A DNA stretch of 63,381 nt, counting the filler, from Octopus bimaculoides (Eukaryota), in the NCBI RefSeq assembly GCF_001194135.2. It is 5 parts of 3 records of this genome, joined end to end, with 100 filler letters (N's around TTAATTAATTAA, not from the genome) between each part and the next. Parts side by side here need not be neighbours in the genome. Positions count along the whole stretch, not along the records: positions 1 to 20,871 come from NC_068983.1; 4 more parts are not named here. One strand, written 5' to 3'. The notes under the pieces were generated by a model. That model was not told the DNA's origin and made no database searches. It saw nothing but the letters and a program-made list of their open reading frames with translations. The translations under genes and the position numbers were made by a program. Positions 1 to 11,245 of the stretch are shown piece after piece. Within the stretch, counting starts at the first letter, position 1. Every line of letters starts with the position of its first letter.

Positions 1-28
1 TATATATATATATACATACATATATATA

Positions 29-166
29 CACTCACAACCCTTTGGTCGGCCTGTGGCTATAGTAGGAGAATCTTGCACAAGGTGCTACTCAGTGGGACTG
101 AACTCAGGAGCTCGTGTTTGCGAAGCAAACTTCTTACTACACAGTCACGCCTGTGCCTATACACAT
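29..166 (-). mobile_element. tRNA-derived SINE, family B (octopus OR-like, CORE-like), 5' part
   Basis: Reverse complement matches the head of the copy at 51547-52018 (GGCGTGACTGTGTAGTAAGAAG...GAGTTCAGTCCCACTG...CACCTTGTGCAAG); runs into a (TA)n tract at 1-28. Confidence 0.8.
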
Positions 167-249
167 AAACCAAGCATACCTAATAAACAATTATCTATAC
201 AATTTACTACAAAGTTGTGTAGTTTCTATCACAACTTTGGTTCTGAGAA

Positions 250-3090
250 TTTTCTGTTGATTACGAATTAAAATGCAAGATACTATGAATGTCTTACTTC
301 TTCCGTTCCTTTGGAATACTATTCATATCATGTTAAAGGAAATGACCGTTATAGAAATTTTATTTAGGCAGTGAATAGGAATATAAAACTTGGACAAGAA
401 ATGTCAGCGTAATATCAAGAGCTATCTGAGTGGAAATAACTCAATGAGGGATTTGTTTGATTTACCAGACCATACGATTTATTCAAACTTAATTACTCCT
501 TAATATTTAGTTATACGAGGTGATCCTTGTGCGTATGAAACGAAATGCTTGCTTTGTAGTCTTTAACACATATTTAATGTACATAATCACCTGGGTTATG
601 TATTCCATAAATTTTATTTCACCATGTTTCGTTATTTTCATTTCTATGAAGATCTGTATAAATGCACAGGTCTTCCATAATCAAGATATTGATATACAAC
701 TGAGGATTTGTTTATTTTCAAAGGATACGACATTAGGTGAATGAATTCTATCCGACTTCATCTTCGCTTCTACATGACATGGGGTTGCAGTCTTTTAAAT
801 ATGAACGAATACGTCCATTGATCTATTGAACATATTCGTGCATATTAGGTTTCAATATGCTGCCTTTATGCAATATAACATGTAACAATAATCACCTAGA
901 ATCACGGCATCTAGAATTGTCTTAGCATACAATTTACGCATCGCTGTTTGTTGTTCCAAATCTCTGTTCGCAGTGGCATTACAAACTGATTAATATCTAA
1001 TTTCGGCAAATGCCTTGTGAGACCCTACTTATTTACAGGGATATTTAGTAATAATATATATTATATACGATATACTACCACAAATAACTGGTATTACCGT
1101 TATAGACAACATATGATACGACTCGTATATTTGAAATGTTTTCTTGAATCTGTCATAATGTCTCCAATATTGCACGTTATACTCAGAACACCAAATTTAA
1201 AAGGATGATGGCATGTGAAATAAGCATACTTTGTTCTGGTATACCTCTAGAGAATTCATTGTTAGTCTCTAAAATGGTGTATACATGCTGCCTCATGTAT
1301 TTACGAATTTTATACTTCAAAACTAAATAAAAAAAATTAAAAGCTCTATACTATCTAGGAATGTATTTGCAATACGTCCATACCATCAGAAGAATCCACA
1401 ATAAACTTTCTTTGAAAAACGAAGAGGTTGAGGGTGTAAGTGATAATACTATATATAATACACATTATATTCTTATATTTAACTAAAATGACCGGTCATT
1501 TATTGATGTAAATTATATTTTAGATCCAATGAATCAAAGGTTATTGTAATAGATCATAGGATCTTTGCAATTCATTGATTTTTCTGTACAGTGTTATCTT
1601 TATAGGTGAATATTGTTTCTTTGTGGGATTTATGTTTCAACCATTACTAATCGCACATCGTTAGATACTTGGACATTGTATATTTGTGCGTGCTCACCAA
1701 CTAATCTCTATCTACATAAATTGACTTTTCAAGATTTGGTTTGTTAAACAAGCATGCCATAGTTCTAATTTTTCTAATGAGCTCGTTATTTTCCCAAAAG
1801 ATCTCTTGAATATCTCTTGTAGTGTGTAACATTCTTGGAGGGAATCCACTATTTCTTATATTAATTTGGTTATTTAAATCATCAATAAGATTAACTTCAG
1901 GATATTTAGGAATATTTTCATCTGTATTATACAATGAACTTTTTGTGTGGTAAATTTGACTTTGTATTTTGAAAACTACTATGAATCCCGCGAAGGATGT
2001 CATTGAACATAGTTCGCTATATTGTTTGATAATTTTAATAAATATTTCGTCAACCAGATTTTTCCCGAGCATTACTGTATTCAAAGTTTCAGGTGGTTTT
2101 CCGAACAAATTTAATTTAAATTTACCATTTGAACAACATAATCCCTTAGGTTCATCCGTAAATAGTTTTGCGCAAATACAACTGACAGCTTCCTAAATTT
2201 GATAGATTATAATAATTTTTAGTTGGATCATAATCAAAAGCTGCATTTGTAAATGATTTAACAGAAATACATAGTTCAGCATATATTGATTTTCACTCCG
2301 TAGTCTGAGAATGTCTTGCAACAATGCGCGAAATTTTAATCTCCCTTCCTATTTCTTTCGTCGACTTTTCTCCCAACACTTGGTGGACGAAGTTGTTTTC
2401 TTCTTTAATTTCATTCTTTCTTTGAAATGAGAGTCTTTCCCTTGTTCGTCTTTGATAATCTCGATTTCTTGCTCTTTGAATTTCTCTCTCATTTTCGCTA
2501 GTTTAATTTTTGTTTTGCGTTTTCTTGCTTAGGCACTTAAACGTTTCCTTGTATCGCTGTTGATTACATTTATATTATTGTTGTTGTTTTTAGCTTTTAG
2601 TTGCATTATTCATGTTTTGGTCGATTCTTATTTGAGTAGCAATTTCTTGCTCCTACATAGGCCGAGAATTCCTTGCCATAATGTGCGAAATTCTAATTTC
2701 ATCTCTTATAATTTCTAGTGTCGAATTTCCTTTCGACTTTTGGTGCCCAATCTGTGTTCCGCTCTAATTTCATTCCTTCTTTGAATAGACAGACAGACAT
2801 TTCCCGTCTCCGTCTTTGGTACTCTCGATTTCTTTCTCTCTGACTTTCACACTTATGTTCCCTCATTTCATTCTTGTTTTGACGATTTCTTGCTGAGGTA
2901 TTTAAAATTGTCCTTGTATCATTATTAGTTACACTTATATTACTGTTCTTTAAATTATTAGTTGCATTATTTGACTTTTGATCTGTAATGATGAAAGGGT
3001 TATCATTATTATGAGCTGTATTAATATTGATAACGTAATTTTCTGAAACAACACAATTGTTAAATGAATTTTTATCGTTTGTTTCCATGG
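250..3090 (-). mobile_element. Degenerate Helitron Rep-helicase relic (N-terminal and Rep region), many stops and frameshifts
   Basis: Minus-strand peptides in Helitron order: CICAKLFTDEPKGLCCSNGKFKLNLFGKPPETL (~2090-2190, cf. CxxCxAxxFxxExxxxCCxxGKVxLPxLxxPP); IIKQYSELCSMTSFAGFIVVFKIQSQIYH (cf. IRxYNSxFQMTSFG..FKIQGQIYH); INELQRSYDLLQ*PLIHW (~1525-1580, cf. SETHRSYDALQYPLLFW); PNMHEYVQ (826-849, cf. PRHMHEYAQD). Strongest at 1500-2200; weak below 800. Confidence 0.75.
2310..3000. repeat. Diverged tandem duplication (~365-bp period) in the Helitron N-terminal region
   Basis: TTTCTTGCTTAGGCACTTAAACGTTTCCTTGTATC (2521) vs TTTCTTGCTGAGGTATTTAAAATTGTCCTTGTATC (2886); ACAATGCGCGAAATTTTAAT vs ATAATGTGCGAAATTCTAAT; TAATTTCATTCTTTCTTTGAA vs TAATTTCATTCCTTCTTTGAA. 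Confidence 0.7.
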
Positions 3091-3502
3091 CATCATTAGA
3101 TACACCATTTAAGTTATTATCGTTATTGATAACGTGATTTTCTATTATTAAATGAATCTATCGTCTGGTCATAGGTAAGAATTGGCTCCTAGTTCAACAC
3201 ATCCAGCTTAAACTTTAGATGAATTATTCGCGAAATGAATGCTAACTGACGAGGTGGAACTGGAGTGTTGAACAAAGAATATAGAATTGTACTTCACATT
3301 AATGTGGATTTTAGACGTCGTATTTGGTAAGAGTTCGAAGATTAGTAGTTATGAAGTAAAGGTGAGATGATCCAAAAACATTAAAAGGTATCGTCTGCTC
3401 ACAATTACTAAAATAATACTTCGGTTAATCTCACTTTTACACGATGCTTTGTCAAATGCATGTTTGTGCGCACGCAGGCGCATGTGTGTACGCACACCTG
3501 AG

Positions 3503-3555
3503 GGTGCATGAGAGAGGAAGAGAGAGAAAGAGTGTGAGAGAGAGAGAGTGAGAGA

Positions 3556-3592
<37 letters not shown>
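3503..3592. repeat. (AG)n microsatellite
   Basis: Directly visible AG/GT dinucleotide run. Confidence 0.95.
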
Positions 3593-3594
<2 letters not shown>

Positions 3595-3981
3595 GCACAT
3601 ATACATAAGTCGGAAAATCTGTGTGGCTGTGTTTGTTTGCGGAGTTGTTAGCAAATTCCTCCTTCATCGTTTAATCGATTTTGATGGAAATTGAAATGTG
3701 AGTAGACTTTTTGTCTGGAAACCTCATAGCATAGTCCTCTGATGCAATAGACAAAGTCAGTTTACATGACAACTTTCCACAGCTACTCTCGAGCGTAATC
3801 TACTTTTATATTTAATAGCAGAAATATTTTAGAGTGTACATCATGCAAGAACTTTATTACATACAAAATCGCAACGGCCATAACTATCCATAGTAATTAA
3901 AATTCGAAGAATAACACGTAACAAATTGTATTATATACTAAAAAAAATGCAAAACTAAAAATTCCGAATTGCACTACATAA

Positions 3982-5256
3982 ATATTTGGGTTGGCATTTA
4001 AAAAAACATTTTAGAATATATTGCGTCTTAAAATTTTGGAATCTATTCTCTTCGAGAATTCTATTTTTGAATCATTTTGAAATCTATCTTGTTTTCTTTT
4101 TTCTAGTTAATTTTGATTATTTTTTGTTTATTTTCAGATCATTAAAATATAATGTCAAGTTAAGAAAAACGAACATTTTTCGCCACCACCTTCTTCTTGA
4201 TTTAATCAAGGTTCTAAGGCCGCAAAAGCTGCTCGTGACATTTGTGCTGTGTATGGAGATTGTGCTCTAGCTGAAAGAACCGCTCGTGATTGGTATGCGA
4301 AGTTCAAAAATGGTAATTTTAATCTCAGACACCTCGTTCTGGCTGTCCAGTTGAATTAGATGAAGACCGATTAAACCGACATTTCCACGAAAATTCTCGT
4401 CAAGCATCAAGGACGCTGACAGAGAAAAGGAAATGCTCCCACCTTGTTATAGACAAGCATATTCACACTCTGGGAAATGTTCAGAAGTTTGGAGCTTGTG
4501 TTCTGCATTCTTTAAGTGACAACAACAAAAATCAACGAGTCACATTCTCCTTTGGTTTGCTAGTTCATCACTGCTCAATTCATGGACACAAGCAACGATT
4601 TCTTTACCGAATGAATTCTGGTGACGAAAAATGGCGCCTGTACATCAATATGAAGCATCGTAAAGAAAGGCTTAGCCCCGGTAAAGACAACGATACCGCG
4701 CGTGAAACAAGATCTTCATCCGCGTAAAACGATGCTGTGCGTATGGTACGACTGGGAAGGGATTATCCATTACGAAATTGCTTCAAAGGAATGAAACGGT
4801 CAACCTGAAACTCTATGTGCAAGGGATGGAACGACTCGACACGGTTGTTCAAGAGAAAAGACCTTATCGGCAGCATGGAATTCTTCTGCTGCACGACAAC
4901 ACCCGCCCTCATATTGCCAATATAGCCAAGGAAGCCATTCAAACACATGGCTGAGAAGTGCTGCCACACACTCTGTACTCTCCTGATTTGGCACCAATGG
5001 ATTTCCACCTCTTTCGATGTCTTTCAAATCGTTTGCGCAGAGTTTCGTCTAATACTGATGCAGAATTGAGAGCTTGTTTGGATCAATTTTTCGAGTCAAA
5101 ATCAGGGGATTTCTACCAACGAGGTATTGAAAATCTCGTTGAACGTTGGGGAGAAGTTGTAAACAACATTATTGATTAATTAATTGTTAATTTTTATTAA
5201 AATGGTTTTAAAATTTTAATTTAAAAAAAACGGCGTGAACTTCGTTGATATTTATA
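3982..5256 (+). mobile_element. Near full-length mariner (DD34D) transposon, pseudogenised transposase at ~4148-5179
   Basis: Peptides KKNEHFRHHLL, KAAKAARDICAVYGDCALAERTARDWYAKFKNGNF, GDEKW, HDNTRPH, LYSPDLAPMDFHLF, GIENLVERWGEVVNN; frameshifts and an in-frame TGA near 4951. Left TIR-like TATTTGGGTTGGCA at ~3982; right TIR heavily decayed (~5231-5256). Confidence 0.93.
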
Positions 5257-5634
5257 AACAGACCGCTTACAAAGAGATAATATTTGTACAAAACTAGCAA
5301 AAGAAAGCCATTTAGGATGTTATATTGTCGAATGAATAATATTTTTTAGCATTATATGTAACAAATAAAATACTGAATTAACTTACTGATCGAGTTAATG
5401 ATGTGATATCACTGACTAACGATGCTTAATGTCAATAGGTAGAAGGAAAGAATGAAATATATTATAAGTAAACTTTATGACCATCTATATCCTTCATATC
5501 CCTCGTAAAGAAAACAGAGTGGTTCTAACTGAAATACGGACGAAACGAGTAGCACTCTAAAGTTAAAATGGGATCAATTGTAGAATCTAAAACAAAAGAA
5601 AATATCTTGAATTTAAGTAAGTAATAATATCGGC

Positions 5635-5889
5635 AGATATTATATTATAATATCTTAAAATTACATGTAGTAAGATATAATATCTTAAAAGTACATGCAG
5701 TAAGATATCTTAAAAGTACATGTAGTAAGATATTATAATATCTTAAAAGTACATGTAGCAAGATATTATAATATCTTAAAAGTACAAGTAGAAAGATATT
5801 ATAATATCTTAAAAGTACATGTAGTAAGATATTACATCTTAAAAGTATATGTAGTAAGATATTATAATATCTTAAAAGTGCATGCAGTA
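5635..5889. repeat. Minisatellite, 8 units of ~25-38 bp (modal 33 bp AGATATTATAATATCTTAAAAGTACATGTAGTA)
   Basis: Units read directly; full units contain the 18-bp palindrome AAGATATTATAATATCTT and the 8-bp palindrome TACATGTA; no unique spacers. Confidence 0.95.
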
Positions 5890-6178
5890 ACTCAAACGGC
5901 ACTAATATATCTAATTTAGAGAATTTTCAAGTAGAATCTTCGTGACAAGATATACACGTGTTGTATGATGACAAAGTTTGGATTCGTAATATCTAATTAA
6001 TTTCCGACACAAAAACAATAAAAATAAAAAAAACAGAAACGTACTGGAAGGCAGAAATCAACAATACTAGAAAATGATTTATTATAATGAATTTCATTAA
6101 ACCAGTTATGCTTATACCATAAATGGAGAATCTTATATTAAAGTTCATTGTCTAGTTTGTACGTGTTTGTGAGTTTGT

Positions 6179-6180
<2 letters not shown>

Positions 6181-6222
<42 letters not shown>

Positions 6223-6322
6223 GTGTGTGTGTATGTGTGTGTGTGTGTGTGTGTGTGTATATACATACATATACATAATTTACATTATATATATTTGTGT
6301 AAATATGTGTGTGTGTGTGCAT
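6181..6322. repeat. Compound (TA)n/(TG)n microsatellite
   Basis: Directly visible. Confidence 0.95.
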
Positions 6323-7635
6323 GTAGATAGATCGATACCACACACATAACCGGCGTGATTACCACGAAACAATAGCTTTCGCTTTGGCTGATAAAATTTC
6401 AGGACCGGCCTCTACTACGACATCCACGAGCAGCGCCAGCAATGTCAATGTAGAGACATACCATCTCTGCTACTGGGGCTAAGCTGATCTATCCATTCAG
6501 CTGCATCCACCGTCACTATGTACACTACCACCATGACAACATTTGTTCCAGGAATGTTTACGTCTTCATTTTATACAGACAGCGATGTTTCACAGTCAAT
6601 AAGGCAATTAATATACAAGGATATGCTTCAGTCGACTTGTGACCGAAGAAGACGGCTTCCGGGTCCGTTTCACCCCCTCGCAGAAAATACAGAAATTAGA
6701 CTATTCATCACTAATGACGTCTCATATAACACGTATTGTATTCCAGGGACAAGTAATTCCACGCCGCCTAAAAGTCTGCCCTTCCACAAACAGCTAGATT
6801 TACTGGATGTTGGAATTTACAAAGCAATATGGTTCCACTGACTGATAGCCATGTTCTGCTACACAATTTCTCACCGCCCTTAGCTATGTGATGAACCTTT
6901 CATTGAGAGACATTTAAGTACGAATTAGTTTTGAATGTTTGAGTTAACCAATCACAAAATGATACACTAATTTGCAATTTAACCAAGAATACAATGCTTC
7001 AGAGATATTCATTGCAACACTGTCAATATGTTCCATCCGAACACTTCCTCTGCTGTAATCTGGAGTAAGTTTATCAGACAAAACATATAAAACCTTGTAT
7101 ATATGCAAGCATTTTTGCAATCACAAACACAGCTTGTCCGGCTGTTGTAAATCAGTTCCTTTCTACGAAGATTAAACCATCAGAATCATGATAACATTCT
7201 TCGACTGAAGCATAATATTCTGTTTTGTAGTAAATTACATATACATTATAAGATATAATTATGTTCTTAAGGTTAACTAGAAAAGAAACAAAACCTAAGA
7301 TATAAGTGTCTTTGAATAAGAGCATCATACAAGAAACGTTTGTGTGCTGATGAATCAGTTGCCGTGCAGACTTCAAAATGAAGGGTCGTGACTTTCTATC
7401 ATGCTAACGCGTGGTAAAGATGGAGAGGCTATAATGCCAGTCCAGAAACCGGTCTCTGTGAGTCCAAATACTTGAATGTATGTCGAAAGATTGTCCTAGC
7501 TCGCTTGCCCGCAGACGGTTGATTTCTGTAGTTATCATCAGATATTTTTCGGCGATTTAAATAAGAGTTGTGACTGTTATTTCCAGCAGGTAGACATACT
7601 TAGTATGATATTTGATTAATTTTAATTTTTCAGTT

Positions 7636-7649
7636 ATATATATATATAC

Positions 7650-7711
<62 letters not shown>

Positions 7712-7830
7712 ATCGATAGATAGATAGATAAATAGATACATACATCCATCCATCCATCCATGCATCCATCCATCCATACATACATACATACATATATACA
7801 TTCATATGTATGCGTGTGTTTGTGTGCATT
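7636..7830. repeat. Compound (TA)n/(GATA)n/(CATC)n/(CATA)n microsatellite
   Basis: Directly visible. Confidence 0.95.
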
Positions 7831-8439
7831 CAATGTCTACAGAAAGCTAAGTAATATGTAGTGCAGAATAAAGTAATGAATATATACATATAAATATATA
7901 CATATATATATATATNNNNNNNNNNNNNNNNNNNNNNNNNNNNNNNNNNNNNNNNNNNNNNNNNNNNNNNNNNNNNNNNNNNNNNNNNNNNNNNNNNNNN
8001 NNNNNNNNNNNNNNNNNNNNNNNNNNNNNNNNNNNNNNNNNNNNNNNNNNNNNNNNNNNNNNNNNNNNNNNNNNNNNNNNNNNNNNNNNNNNNNNNNNNN
8101 NNNNNNNNNNNNNNNNNNNNNNNNNNNNNNNNNNNNNNNNNNNNNNNNNNNNNNNNNNNNNNNNNNNNNNNNNNNNNNNNNNATAACGTACAATGGATGC
8201 GGCGCAGTATACAGAACGGATGATATACCGAAAGTCATGCGTCAAAATAAATGAAAAATAAATGGATTCACAGTCTAATAAATGAAGTAGTGCGAAACTT
8301 AAAACTGACACTGCGAATAAAAATATAGCGTAAACCGGCGAGTAAGTGAGAAAACAAAGAGATTGTAAACTTTTTTTATTTTAAAGGAAATTGGTTTATT
8401 CCGTGAGACTTGCACAGAAAAACGTGAAGGATTTGAAAC

Positions 8440-8880
8440 GGATTTGCGTCAGTAACCTCTATGCGAGATGGTTGCCAAGAGAACTTGTCAAGGTGCGTAA
8501 AGGAAATCCAATGGAGTTCTGACAACACATCCTTGATCACTCATTGATGAATGCGAAGCATTTGTTGCAGATTATTGAGTAGAAAAACCCTGATCATCAT
8601 CGTAAAATTTATTCAGGCAACAAATTTCCGCAGAAAAAGTGACGCTAACCGTTTTAGAGATGCACAATACAAGGAATATTTACTCGAAAACGAAGTTAGT
8701 GTTAACAGTGTAGGCTATTACGAAATACTGAAGTAACTGAAAACTACAATTCTCACTCATAGAGGCGCCCTCGTTGATGAAATCAGTAAAATCCTTGCAT
8801 CCAGTGCAGATCCAGTCCCTTTTGTTGTCACATCTTTCCAATGCAATGATAGCCACAAGGGGGTTGACAATTTTCAATAG
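8440..8880 (+). mobile_element. Old mariner transposase fragment
   Basis: LYARWLPRELV (cf. ARWVPRxL) followed across a frameshift by SAEKVTLTV/FRDAQ..EYLLENEVSVNSVGYYEILK*LK (cf. SAGKVMLTVFWD..G.TVNS..Y..LL..L). Confidence 0.55.
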
Positions 8881-8916
8881 ATCAAGAAACACAGGAAGGG
8901 TGCATAAAAGTTGACC

Positions 8917-9133
8917 TTTGACAAGTATATCCTGCCTATTAGACCTAATTTTTCTATCGGTGTGTATTGGCATATCGCAGGGTATGGTAACCTTCTCATT
9001 TTCTGTGACCTTTTCTTGGAGGTGGTTATGTCATCTTTTTTTCTGTTGTTATGCCATAATGTTGGCATGGCATCTAGTGTATATAGGTTCCAACTCTGCC
9101 GTGTCTCTAAATATATTCCTTCTTATCGAGGAC
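8917..9133 (-). mobile_element. R4/Dong-type RLE non-LTR retrotransposon fragment (copy C)
   Basis: KEYI*RHGRVGTYIH*..CQHYGITTEKR..EKVTENEKVTIPCDMPIHTDRKIRSNRQDILVK, colinear with copy A at 10080-10300. Confidence 0.85.
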
Positions 9134-9153
9134 TAATTATTATCATTAGTATT

Positions 9154-9658
9154 GAGCGAGAAAGCAGTGCATGCTATCAAACTAGTAATGGGTTAAAAAT
9201 ACGAAGCCCAGTATACCCATCATGTCTACCCGTCTGATAAGGGTACACCACACACGTGCATCACGACAATGTGTACACGAGATAGTGATCTCATATCAAG
9301 ATAAAGGATGCATGGCCTTGCTGCTGGAACACAATTTTTTTTCAGGATAACGTATCCCGTTATAACGGTCCCTGGATAGGGGCTGTTTAATGATGTTTAA
9401 CGACACGCCCATATTTCTAAATGCAATTTAGCCAAGCCCCAAAGGATTTATCTCAACACATGCCCATGATGCTCCGCCCACTTATTCTGCTCGTGTTCAG
9501 AGATGCACATATCATCAGCCACCAAGTGACATGCTCAACTGGTGAAACAGCTGAGAAGCAAATCTGTGGTATTGTGCGGAATATGTACATTGAAACACAT
9601 TCAATTAGCTAAGCTCAAACACCATGAGTACCACTTCCTGGTATTGCATGAGGACATG
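9154..9658 (-). mobile_element. ~510-bp non-coding interspersed element flanked by (TAA)n (copy 1)
   Basis: Reverse complement aligns end to end with 43110-43657 (e.g. GGTGTACCCTTATCAGACGGGTAGACATGATGGGTATACTGGGCTTC; GCATGCACTGCTTTCTCGCTC); TAA-type arrays at 9135-9153 and 9659-9683. Confidence 0.8.
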
Positions 9659-9683
9659 TATTATTATTATTATTATTATTATT

Positions 9684-11061
9684 GTTCAGTAGTTTTATTT
9701 TTATAACGTGCTTTCACTTCACTACCGAGCGCAGCTCTGTGCGCCTTGGGTATGTGCTGTGGTTTGATGCGGTGCTCTTATGTTTACTGTATTGAAAGTG
9801 TTTTGCGTAGAACGTGTGCAGTACCCAGTAGTGCCATTTCCTGTATGTTATATATATTTGTAAGTCCTTGTGTTTTTGTTATGTATGTGTCTGAATATTT
9901 TTTTATTATACCTAAGGCACCTACTATGATAGGAATTGTTTCTGATTTTAGATTCCCCATTCGAGTTATCTCTATTTCCAGATCTTTGTATTTTGAAAGT
10001 GTTTCCATTTTTTTAGAGAAACGTTGTCATCTGTTGGTATTGATACATCAATTAGAAAGCATTTCTTTTCTTCATGATCTTTGACAACTATATCTGGTCT
10101 ATTTGTCTTAATTTCTCTATCTGTGTGTATTGGCATATCCCAGAGTATGGTTGCCTTCTCGTTTTCTGTTACCTTTTCTGGCGTGCGTTTATACCATCTT
10201 TTTTCTGTTGTTATTCCACAGTGTTGGCATAGCTTCCAGTGTATATAGGTCCCAGCCCTGTCGTGTCTGTGAATATATTCCTTCTTAGCCAGGACTGGGC
10301 AGCCAGAGATAATATGATTTATTGTTTCTTGTCGATCTCCACATATTCTACAGTTACTTGTTATATTTCTTTTCATTATGTGTTTTTGGTAATTTCTGGT
10401 GGGGAGGCTCTGGTCTTGTGCAGCAATTAAAAATCCTTCAGTCTCTGCTTTGAGTCCTGAGCTTCTCAGCCATTGCTGGGATTTTTCTCTGTCTATTTCT
10501 TTCGCNNNNNNNNNNNNNNNNNNNNNNNNNNNNNNNNNNNNNNNNNNNNNNNNNNNNNNNNNNNNNNNNNNNNNNNNNNNNNNNNNNNNNNNNNNNNNNN
10601 NNNNNNNNNNNNNNNNNNNNNNNNNNNNNNNNNNNNNNNNNNNNNNNNNNNNNNNNNNNNNNNNNNNNNNNNNNNNNNNNNNNNNNNNNNNNNNNNNNNN
10701 NNNNNNNNNNNNNNNNNNNNNNNNNNNNNNNNNNNNNNNNNNNNNNNNNNNNNNNNNNNNNNNNNNNNNNNNNNNNNNNNNNNNNNNNNNNNNNNNNNNN
10801 NNNNNNNNNNNNNNNNNNNNNNNNNNNNNNNNNNNNNNNNNNNNNNNNNNNNNNNNNNNNNNNNNNNNNNNNNNNNNNNNNNNNNNNNAAGGATGCTGTA
10901 GCTGTAGCTTATAACTGGGACAGCTAAAGTGTTGATACCCATTATCTTATTTTTAGCATTGAGCTCTGTTTTTAGTATTGATCTAACTCGTCTATAATAC
11001 TCTTTCTTTATTTTTTCTTTCATTTGTGTATGTTGTATCCTATCTAGTTCATTGACTCCTA
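9684..11061 (-). mobile_element. 5'-truncated R4/Dong-type non-LTR retrotransposon (copy A): RT C-terminus, CCHC, RLE endonuclease, 3' UTR; internal N-gap
   Basis: LGVNELDRIQHTQMKEKIKKEYYRRVRSILKTELNAKNKIMGINTLAVPVISYS; CRICGDRQETINHIISGCPVLAKKEYIHRHD; ILWDMPIHTDREIKTNRPDIVVKD..LIDVSIP; LSKYKDLEIEITRM..PIIVGALG..LLGTAHVLRKTLSIQ*; (AAT)n on both sides. Confidence 0.93.
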
Positions 11062-11153
<92 letters not shown>

Positions 11154-11161
11154 CATCAACG

Positions 11162-11204
<43 letters not shown>

Positions 11205-11245
11205 TATTATTATTATCATTATTGTTATTGTTATTATTATTATTA
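11062..11245. repeat. Compound (ATT)n/(ATC)n/(ATT)n microsatellite between two R4/Dong copies
   Basis: Directly visible. Confidence 0.95.

Noticed and set aside
5635-5889. CRISPR-like appearance of palindromic arrays (also 32063-32168)
   Set aside because: No unique spacers, no cas genes, eukaryotic context; kept as minisatellites.
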